A stretch of 63,722 nucleotides of DNA, filler included, from Octopus bimaculoides (lineage: Eukaryota), in assembly GCF_001194135.2 (NCBI RefSeq). It is 4 parts of 4 records of this genome, joined end to end, with 100 filler letters (N's around TTAATTAATTAA, not from the genome) between each part and the next. Parts side by side here need not be neighbours in the genome. Positions count along the whole stretch, not along the records: positions 43,878 to 63,722 come from NC_068994.1; 3 more parts are not named here. One strand, given 5' to 3'. The notes under the pieces were generated by a model, which saw only the letters and a list, made by a program, of their open reading frames with translations, was not told the origin of the DNA and did no database searches. Below are positions 53,370 to 63,722 of this stretch, piece by piece. Each line of letters opens with the position of its first letter. Positions within the stretch are counted from its first letter, which is position 1. A program made the position numbers and the translations under genes.

Positions 53370-54341
53370 CGTAGTACATGATGGTGATGATTATGACGTT
53401 GAAAATGAGAGGAGGGTGAATTTGATGATGATGAAGAAGAAAAAGAAGAAGTTTATGATGATGAAGAAGTAAAAGATTAAGTAGGTGAAGATAACGAATA
53501 AAAAGGAGAACGAAAAATAGAAGGAAGAAGTATAGGGGGGGAACGAGAAAGTGTAGTAGAGATAGAGGTAGATATGTGGAAAGGAAGAAGAGTACGAAAA
53601 AAGAAAAGGTAAGAAGAACAGCAACAAGTGAAGAAGAAAAAGAAGAAGAAGAAGAAGAAGAAGAAGAAGAAGAAAGCCTGCGCACGTTTTGCGCAGCCAT
53701 TAGTAGTAGGAGCGCTGCCATCAACACCCCCCGTCTACCCACCCCCGTCTACCCACNNNNNNNNNNNNNNNNNNNNNNNNNNNNNNNNNNNNNNNNNNNN
53801 NNNNNNNNNNNNNNNNNNNNNNNNNNNNNNNNNNNNNNNNNNNNNNNNNNNNNNNNNNNNNNNNNNNNCTACCTCCTACCCCACCCCCGTCAGTCAAGTA
53901 CAACTCAAACGGTCCACAAGAATAACATTAAAAAACACCAACAACAACTTACATTAGTAGCAACCATGTGTGCTTAGAATGTCTGTATATAGCACTAATT
54001 AGCAGTATTAAATTTTTGCCTTCTTGATTAAACTTAGTTCAAATCGCACTCTCCCTGTTATTTCTCTCTCTCTCTCACCCTCTCTCTCTATGCGTTTGCG
54101 TGTGTAACTTTTTTTCAATCGTTTCTTTATTTCTGTCTATTTCGATGCACATTTTCGATTTTTCTTTCTCTCTCTCTCTCTCACTCACTCACATTGCCAT
54201 TCTACGTCTCTCCTTCGCTTTCTGCATCTCCATCTCACACTTTTCGCCTGCTACCTAGCCCCTCTCTCTCTTATTCAATATTTCTCTCTGTCTTTTGATT
54301 CGTCTCTGAATTCTATGTTACTTTACACACTATTCTCTCTC

Positions 54342-54381
<40 letters not shown>

Positions 54382-55374
54382 ATTCTCTTTCTATTTATCT
54401 CCTTCTACACACACACACACACGCTCTCTCTCTCTCTTCAATATTTCCTTTGTATTTCTCTTCGTCTCTTCATATTTTTTCTTGATTTCTTCGTTACTTT
54501 TCTCACTATTCTCTCTCTTTCTCTCTCTCTCTCTCTCTTTCATACACCGTCCCTCCTCTCTTCTTTCTCCTTTTCTCCCTCTCTCTCTCTCTCTCTCTCT
54601 CGCTCTTCTCTCTAATTTTAATTAGCTTTGCAGGGATTGTCAACTTTGTCTGAATTGAAACAGATTAATCAAATCTTCGCTATCAAACTAAAAAACAAAT
54701 CGAAGCAAAACTTTTAAATAAACATATAAAACACATTAATTAATTCTTTTTTTTTTTAATGTTAGTCTTTGTTTCACCGCCGTTCCATTCTGTGCCGTCT
54801 TCTCCGAATATCTTTGGATAGTTTTTTGTAACACTTTAAGCTAGAGGAGGCTACAGGGCCTCGCTTAAACACTCCTTTATATTTTGGGGTAGAAATGAAA
54901 CTATGTGAAACCCCAGGTACGATAAAGTAACAGCACAGGGGAGGTATTATATTCAATCTTTTGTCTGTTATTTCTTACAATCATTAGACTGCGGTCACGT
55001 TAGTGCACCACGTTGAAGGGTTTAGTCGAACAGATTGTCTCTAGTATTTATTTTTGTTTTTTAGTTTAATACTTATTTCATCGGTAACTTTTGACTAGCG
55101 GCTACCTTAAGGAGACGTAATGGGGTACCCAAAATTAGCTAGAAACTTTCTGTGTGGGACAAACGCGTTGTAGTTCAGTATTCCGCCGCTATAAGCCACT
55201 TGATGCGACTCTCAGGCATCGGTCTGCAGACCAGCGTCATAATGTTGAGTCCCACTACCACGTGGTGTATCTTTGGTTTACAGTGGTTCTTCCCTGTCCG
55301 TCGATTTTACTAATTTACGGGGACGTAAACATACCAACATTGGCTGTCAACCGTTGTTGGGAGGNNNNNNNNNN

Positions 55375-55407
<33 letters not shown>

Positions 55408-58400
55408 CGGGCTTCTTTCAGTTTCCCTCTACGGAACTCACTCACAAGACTTTGGTCGGTCCGAGGCTATAGTGGAAGACACATGCCCAAGGCCCCACGC
55501 AGTGGCACTGAACCCGGAACCATGAAGTTGCAAAGCAAGCTTCTTACCTCACAGCTTCTTTCTCAATATTGTTAGCCAACTATGCTTGTTACTGTTGTGG
55601 ATTTAGCCGCTGGTTATCTCCAATCCAGCAGATACGTCTAAGCATTCAAATTGTGGCCAACTGCATTCTTTTCATAGACCTATATTTAAGACTGCATTCT
55701 CAAATGTGATATGTTAAAGCGACTACACAGAGATTTCCTCGTTGGTGTGTTGGGTATGTATGTGTAATTTGATGTGCCTGTGTATGCGTACGTTGCTTTG
55801 TGTACATTTGTTGTGTGCTGTATGCGTATTTCCTGCGCATGCGTATTTGTGTGGTCTGGACATTTTTTTTTTCTCAATGGAACACATGTATGTGTGCCTA
55901 TTTGAGCTGTGCATTGTGTATACGTATATTACAATCAATATAGGTTGAAATAATTATATGTAGAATTATTTAGATCAGTGTACAGACCTGATAACATAAA
56001 AGCTTGCTTTCTTTCATTTGCCGCTCTTTTTTTTACACATTTCCATTAGAACTATATCTCGGTATCAATTCTATATATCAATCAGTCTGTACGTTAATAA
56101 AACGGAAAGAGATTAACGGAATAGACGAAATTATCAATTCTAAAACTAAAAATCTGAAATTTATCAAGGAAAATGCGAGACAATCTGCTATGAAAATTTA
56201 ATGAATAATTATGAAGGTAAGAGTGAGAGAAACAGTGTAATTATCATTGTTATTCGTGCTGATGTTGGCCAAAATACGTTGTATACTTCTGGAATATTGA
56301 AGAACACCAAGATATGGATGTATATATATGTATGCGTAGCTGCAGACCACTTCAACCGTAAAATAGTAGCGAATGATTTCATTGGTCGAAAACTGAAAAT
56401 AAAATTTAATAAGTGTCGTTTTTTACACACCCTATATTTTGTTTGTAGGAAATCAGGTATAAGAATAATTCACAAACATATAACATGAAATTTCTTTATT
56501 GGGATGCATCCACTTATATAGTGGTTATTTTGAAGGCGGCGAGCTGGCAGAATCGTTAGCACGCCGGGCGAAATGCTTAACGGTATTTCGTCTGCCGCTA
56601 CGTTGTGAGTTCAAATTCTGCCGAGGTCGACTTTGCCTTTCATCCTTTCGGGGTCGATTAAATAAGTACCAGATACACACTGGGTTCGATGTAATCGACT
56701 TAATCCCTTTGTCTGTCCCCGTTTGTCCCCTCTATGTTTAGCCCATTGTAGGCAAAAAAGAATTATATATGGTGGTTATTCTCAATTCTGAGTACAAGCT
56801 TCCAATCGGATCTGTGTTCGGTTGCCCACACACGTATGCTCAGAGCATTCATGTCACTCTGCCCAAATATCTGCAAATTCAATAACTATTCTGTTATTTA
56901 AGCTGATGCGGGCCGAATACTGAACAAGTTCAGTGTATGCAATCGTAGCATTTAGTAGTGGACACATTTTTGTTTCAGTACATGTATACATTCATATATC
57001 GGCTGGCCACTTCAGAAATATAATAGTAGCGATTGATGTCATAGGCCGAATATTGAAAAACGTAAATTGATAACCTGGTTTAACTATAAACATTCGATCA
57101 TCTTTCAGTAAATTTCCTGGACAGCAGAATCTATGTTTCATGTGTCGAATGCATGGTTATTAAATAAACAGGCCTCTCTACATGATCAGCCGCTATGTTT
57201 GGAACCTCATGCCGATTGTTCTTGCACTGAAATATCCGGACCAAACTAGATTCAAAATTTTACGAACGCTAAAGCATATTTGTAATAAGTATTTATTAAA
57301 GATATGCGATATTACTACGAACAGACATTAATAAAACTAATGCACGGTTTTTAGTTTTAGGTGTGGAGTCTGGATTCAGTGAAAGTCCAGGACATGTTAA
57401 GCAAATTTTATCTCATAGACCCCGGGGTCGAGCAAAGCTTTCAATATGAAATTGGTAGGGGAAAATTTTGGGGAAAGAGAGGAAGAAAAATGGTTAGCGA
57501 AGATCATAAAACTGTCCACAGATAAATGCCTTAACGATGCAAGTAGAAGGGACTATAACCAGACTAGTACAATCGCAAGCGAAAAGCACATACACATAGA
57601 TACATATATATATATATATATANNNNNNNNNNNNNNNNNNNNNNNNNNNNNNNNNNNNNNNNNNNNNNNNNNNNNNNNNNNNNNNNNNNNNNNNNNNNNN
57701 NNNNNNNNNNNNNNNNNNNNNNNNNNNNNNNNNNNNNNNNNNNNNNNNNNNNNNNNNNNNNNNNNNNNNNNNNNNNNNNNNNNNNNNNNNNNNNNNNNNN
57801 NNNNNNNNNNNNNNNNNNNNNNNNNNNNNNNNNNNNNNNNNNNNNNNNNNNNNNNNNNNNNNNNNNNNNNNNNNNNNNNNNNNNNNNNNNNNNNNNNNNN
57901 NNNNNNNNNNNNNNNNNNNNNNNNNNNNNNNNNNNNNNNNNNNNNNNNNNNNNNNNNNNNNNNNNNNNNNNNNNNNNNNNNNNNNNNNNNNNNNNNNNNN
58001 NNNNNNNNNNNNNNNNNNNNNNNNNNNNNNNNNNNNNNNNNNNNNNNNNNNNNNNNNNNNNNNNNNNNNNNNNNNNNNNNNNNNNNNNNNNNNNNNNNNN
58101 NNNNNNNNNNNNNNNNNNNNNNNNNNNNNNNNNNNNNNNNNNNNNNNNNNNNNNNNNNNNNNNNNNNNNNNNNNNNNNNNNNNNNNNNNNNNNNNNNNNN
58201 NNNNNNNNNNNNNNNNNNNNNNNNNNNNNNNNNNNNNNNNNNNNNNNNNNNNNNNNNNNNNNNNNNNNNNNNNNNNNNNNNNNNNNNNNNNNNNNNNNCA
58301 TCCCCTGCCGGAGCTTCGTGGAGCTTTTAGGTGTTTTGGCTCAATAAACACTCACAACGCCCGGTCTGGGAATCGAAACCGCGAGTCCGCTGTCCTAACC

Positions 58401-58541
58401 ACAGGGCCATTGCGCCTCCACATACATACATACATACATACATACATACATACATACATACATACATACATAAATATATACATACACATACATATATGTA
58501 TATGTATATCTGCATATGTATATATATATATGTATATTTAG

Positions 58542-58572
<31 letters not shown>

Positions 58573-58619
58573 GCATGAATACATATGTATATATGTGCAT
58601 GCGTGAACTTCTTTCATTA

Positions 58620-58915
58620 GTGGGGTCAGGATTGGCCAAGATTTTGAGCAGTGTGAAATCACCTCTTCACCAAAATTGTACTTAAGTCTAGTGTGATTCG
58701 AAAACATTCTAGATCCCTTGCTATAGGTTAACTGACATGTCAGTCGGACAGATAGATTGCCTTGACTAAGATGTGATTGAGGTACACCGTCCAAAAGAAA
58801 GAAGATCCTACTTCCAAACCTCTGCCACATTGCGGCAATCATAAACGCCCATGAGGAACTCATCGTGAGTGAACTCTGAAGAAAAATCAGGAGTTGGACA
58901 ACGATACACATAGGT
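58620..58915 (+). mobile_element. Highly degenerate LINE reverse-transcriptase fragment
   Basis: 'VRIGQDFEQCEIT..SPKLYL...FENIL' resembles the RT region around the RQG/SP motif; many stops. Confidence 0.4.
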
Positions 58916-59100
58916 CTAGATCGCTGACCATTACATTTATATTTTTTTCTCTCCTTGTTTCTTTCTGTATTCCTTTCTGTTGAAGAGCGTAGGCTCGAAA
59001 TGTTAAAGAATTTCTCTATTCCCGAGCGTTATACTAATACATCAACTTGTTGTTTACACTACTTGTCTTCGTCTTTTGTTGTTTTTTTTGTGAATTCTCT

Positions 59101-59147
<47 letters not shown>

Positions 59148-59659
59148 TACGCTACATATGTTCATATGTGTGTATGTTCGCCTGTATGTATGTGAATTAT
59201 TATATATGTTCGTGTGTACATATATAAAAAAAATGTATGCCTATGTCTGTTTGGGAAACTATAGCATATATATCTGTTGTTATATATACGTGTATCTGTT
59301 TCTATAGATTATATATATGTGTATGTGTGTGTGCAGTATGAGTGTTGATATGTTCGTGTGAGCGTGTGTGCGTATGTTTGTGTGTTTGTGAGTGTGAGTG
59401 TTTGTGAGTGTGTTTATGTGTGTGTGTTTTTTTTGTGTAGCAAAAGCTATTTTAGCATGTTGTGAAGATATAGAAGTTAAGACAGAATATATGATGTCAT
59501 TTAGCAACACGTTTTATTGCTGAGTCTTTCAGAAAGTTCTTTTTACAGAAGAAAAAATATCTTAATGTACTATAAAATGTTCGTAGAAGAGTTCAGTTAG
59601 TTTGTTTGCCGTAAGGAAAGGTAAAAAAAAATCTTGTCAAACAATTCTACTTCGGTGAT

Positions 59660-61210
59660 AAATTGTAAAGTGTTCTATTCACACATGGTACAAAATTGCG
59701 AGAGAAAAATAATGATATAAATATGTAGAGTGGCAGAGTGGATGCAGTGATAATGAAAAGCCAATAGGTGGTAGTTTAAGTAGTGGGTAAGATGTACAAT
59801 AAGGGGAAGAAGTGATGTAGAATTATAGTAGGAGGTTAAATTGTATAGAAAGAACTTTGTTAGGTGAAATGGTTGAGACGTGGAGAAGTTCAGGCGAGAT
59901 GTGTAAGGGTCAAAAGAAAGCACCGCAAACGAAGAAATGTAGAAAGAATATACGGAAAAAGTTCAGTTGGTTTTTGTGGTGTCGACGACCCCAAGCGAAG
60001 AAGTAGGATCGCCCAAGACATATAAATAGAGGTAGTCTAGCCGTGGTAGAGGAGTTGAGTGACTGTTGAGTAGCAATTGTGTAGCAGTTGAGTAGAGATC
60101 ATCCGAAGGTACTAGATAACAGTAGCTTGAGACATAACAGTTTTTAAGCAGGGTTAAGTTTAAGGTTACGAGCTAAAATAGACTTGTGAGTAGATATCTG
60201 AGAGGGCATCAGAAGTGAAGAGTAATGAATATGAGTGTTATATACAGAAATGAAAATGTTTAAGTATCGGCCAAGATTGTATTCTTACATGGCTTCGTGA
60301 TTAAGAACTCGCTTTGCAAGATCAGTAAGGAATGACACGTGTACTAAGAGATTGGTATACACAGGTCAAGCCTAACATAGCCCCTGTTGTCGTAGCGATT
60401 CTCATTATAGTTAATCGGTGGAATACCCTACTGGTATAGAAAGGATCATAAGACAAATTAATGTCTCAGTCTACTATCTTGAGACACACCAATTTACTCC
60501 GGTGATGGTGTGTAATGCAGCCATTGCTTACGGAATCTTAATCTGAAGCCAAAATCAGTTCATAAGTATAGTTTTCTGTATGTTGCAAGCTATCCAGTAT
60601 GTTAACACAGACTGAAAACAAATGATCGTATTCTTGAGAGCGTATGGAAAATTCCATAGGAGTTTTGTGGGACATTACGGAGTAAATTAGACCTCCCAAT
60701 TTTTTATGTATTAGAGTACCGAGTTGGATGTGTCTATGGGTAAGAAATCTACTGACTAGTAGATCACGTATATGTATTTAACCCGTTTGAAGGGCAAGTA
60801 TAGACTCAAGAGTGCCTACGGTCATTACGAAGGCATATGGGAAGCACAATTTGTTAAGCAATTTATGCTACAAGGCCGAGAGGCGAGTTGGTATATAAAG
60901 CGACTGGGGCGATGCTAATGCTAGAAGTGTACCATAGTCAACGATAAGTTGAAGAATGAGAAACGGAGCAAATAAAGAGTAAAGGAAGCACTTTTGCACC
61001 GATTTGGAAATAAAGCCAGGATTTTTTTTTTTCTGATGACAAAGTAGTCAGTGCAATCGGGGAGAAAGAACGAGCAGATTTTATGTGAATTATGTGCGAA
61101 GAAGTGATTGCAGACATTAGAGAATGTATTAAATGTATTAGAGACAGAAGTTGAGGGATGGAAGTTTGTAGACATACCAAGGAACTTTATAGAAGTATTA
61201 CAAATTCTGA
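59660..61210 (-). mobile_element. Old CR1/L2-like LINE remnant
   Basis: Strand-skewed sequence with scattered ORF2-like peptides ('LKLLLSSTF..LLNC', 'RLNFSTSQ'); no intact motif. Confidence 0.35.
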
Positions 61211-61785
61211 TTTTGGATTTTGTGCCTTGGGAAAATTATTGATTTAGTAGCTCAATAACTCAGGAAGAGACCCAGTAAAATGGATGAATAATTGAGATTT
61301 ATGTGGGCCAAATGTATGATGGAGAAATTTGGGTCTAGCTTAATACCTATCGCTACACCAGACTAGTGTTGACACATTGTGTACAATGTATAATCAATCG
61401 TGATTCCGCTGTCAACAAACCAACAAATATATTTCTATGTTATATTGAAGTCTGTAGTCTTTGTTAATTAACTGACACCAAATTATATAGATATAATTGG
61501 ATGGACAATATATTGAATTTCCTCACTTTATTGTAATGATAAATTCTTTTGTTAATTTTTCTACGAATTAATGTACCATTCAAAATATATATTGCTTTTT
61601 CACATATTCGGACAATTATTTATTTGTTCTGCTTACTCAGCTGTAGATTATTTTGTGTAGTCACCAATTTAGATTTATTTTATTTGTACGTTTTGGTTAT
61701 GTTTTGAATTTCTATACCAACATTCGTATATAAGTATGTAAGTAGGTAGGTAGGTAGGTAGAGTGATAGACAGACAGACGGACAT

Positions 61786-61857
<72 letters not shown>

Positions 61858-61900
61858 GCTGCCGCTAACGATGGAATTTTTCAATAGTACTATTGATCTC

Positions 61901-61947
<47 letters not shown>

Positions 61948-61986
61948 TGAGTGTGTGAGTGTGTGCGTGTGCATGTGTGTACATTC

Positions 61987-62020
<34 letters not shown>

Positions 62021-63722
62021 ATACATATATATGAGTGTGTTTGTTTGTGTGTGTGCATTGTATAGCATGGTATGCATTTTCAGGCAATCATGGCTCCTCT
62101 TTGAGAAGAAGCGATAAAGAATGAGAAAGAAGAAGAGAAAACGTAAATCAAAAGTAAATGAAAAGAGGACCGAAATAAAGAAAGAAACACAACCTGTTAA
62201 AGTAGGAATTAATATTGTTGGTGTAGGGAATTCAACGGGGGGAAATGTAAAGTTTGTGAGACTGCATTCGTAATACCAAGAGAGTGGTATTATCCATTTC
62301 GACAATAGTAACTTATCCAGATTCTTACACTTAGCGAAAATTTAGGATTTATAATTCAGTACGTCTGTAGATTTCTTAGATTTAAAACGATATGAAACCT
62401 TTCGGCTCAACAAAACCTTGATTAATCCTTGACTAATAAATGTATGATGTGGACAGCCCTAGGATTCTTCACGTTTGACAGTGTATGTTCAAATTTAGTC
62501 CACGAGTAATTTTATTATACCACAATATATCTAGATATATAATATACAATACGTTTTATTTATTAATATGTGCAAAGGATAAGGCGACATTTCGGCCGTT
62601 TTTATGTTCTGAGTTCAAACGCCTCTTGAGCCCTGGAGTCAATCTACTCCTCTAAGCCCCTTCCTTTAAAAAGCTTGCTTTATGTCAAAATATATAACGA
62701 ATATCATATAATAGACCATTCACTTCCAATGGAGCATGGGACATTGTCGATTTTTCTCCATCGTTCTCGACTTTATGCTTGTTAGTCTTCAATTGTCATC
62801 GATACTTGAGAAACTTCACCTTACTTTCTTAGTGTTGACCCTAGGCATAACAATCTTTATCACCTGGAAAGGATGGTCCAATCGCAATGTCATTGAGGCA
62901 CACAACCGCAATATTAACTGGATCTTATGGTAGTGATTGAACATTATCCAGAATTTTTTTCATATATTTTAACGCAGTATGTTATAAATTGGGATATGTA
63001 TATCTGATATATTCAGCAGGTCAATATGTTCCGTTATGTTTCTATTAGTTCATAATGATTATATGTTGTATATCTCAGTTTCGGTCACATTTACACATTG
63101 CATTAAAGAATACACCGATAATTAAATTAAACGTAAATTCCTTTGATTTTATAATTCGCTGAAGTAACGTATCTATAGATTTGCACACGAATTAATACTT
63201 CGCGCAATAATCACTATAATCAAGTAAATACACTTGATAGGATCTTAGCAATAATTAAGTTAACAAAACCTGGAGCCAGCAATGTCTATGTGAGTAGATT
63301 CAAGCATAAGAGTTTGTAAGTTGAAGTGTATAGAAACTTGTTAAAATTTGCATTATATTATTAACATACTTTACTAAGACTATAAAAGAAAAATGCTACG
63401 CAAAATTAATACACTACATGTATTAAAGGTGGTAATATTCGGTTTAGATATTTGCAGCATCTATACAACTGTTTTTTCCTTACATTTGCAGTACGTTTGT
63501 GTGTGTTTTACTCGCAGACACACGCACAAACACACGCTCACACACACACACGCACGCACGCATACGCACAAACACACACAAGCACACAGATATATGTGTG
63601 CGTGTACATATGTGTGTATGTGTATACATACGTGTGTGTGTATACATATATATATATCAAACAGATATATACATTTATGTGTTTATGGGTGCGTATATAT
63701 ATATATATATATATATATATAT

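Noticed and set aside
1-63722. CRISPR arrays, rRNA, or prokaryote-style operons and defence systems
   Set aside because: No repeat-spacer arrays or rRNA-like sequence; the window is intron-rich animal DNA.

Overview
This is AT-rich, microsatellite-dense eukaryotic genomic scaffold with many N gaps. The SINE families and overall architecture point to a coleoid cephalopod, most likely Octopus (inference). Nearly all ORFs in the six-frame track are microsatellite or low-complexity artefacts, and the real coding content is spliced. Main result: four + strand exons (29446-29610, 31630-31755, 33219-33437, 34466-34621), all with canonical AG/GT sites and all phase 0, join into a 221-aa open frame. 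It has a signal-peptide-like N-terminus, four predicted amphipathic helices with long AB and CD loops, 6 mature Cys, 4 N-glycosylation sequons and an F-x-x-R motif at the start of helix D. This is the layout of a long-chain class-I helical (IL-6/LIF/CNTF-like) cytokine; its ATG exon was not resolved. A second, unidentified spliced gene runs on the same strand upstream (exons near 670/711-768, 2655-2751, 4058-4112, 14869-14905, no stop found), and an orphan exon lies at 48297-48391, so the cytokine may be nested. Penelope-type terminal repeats carry three minimal hammerhead-ribozyme folds; one (minus strand, 36566-36610) has an intact core. The rest is dead Tc1/mariner elements and MITEs, a hAT MITE with TIRs and TSD, R4/Dong-, RTE-, Penelope- and CR1-like LINE remnants, and many tRNA-derived SINEs. 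No rRNA, bona fide tRNA or CRISPR array was seen.
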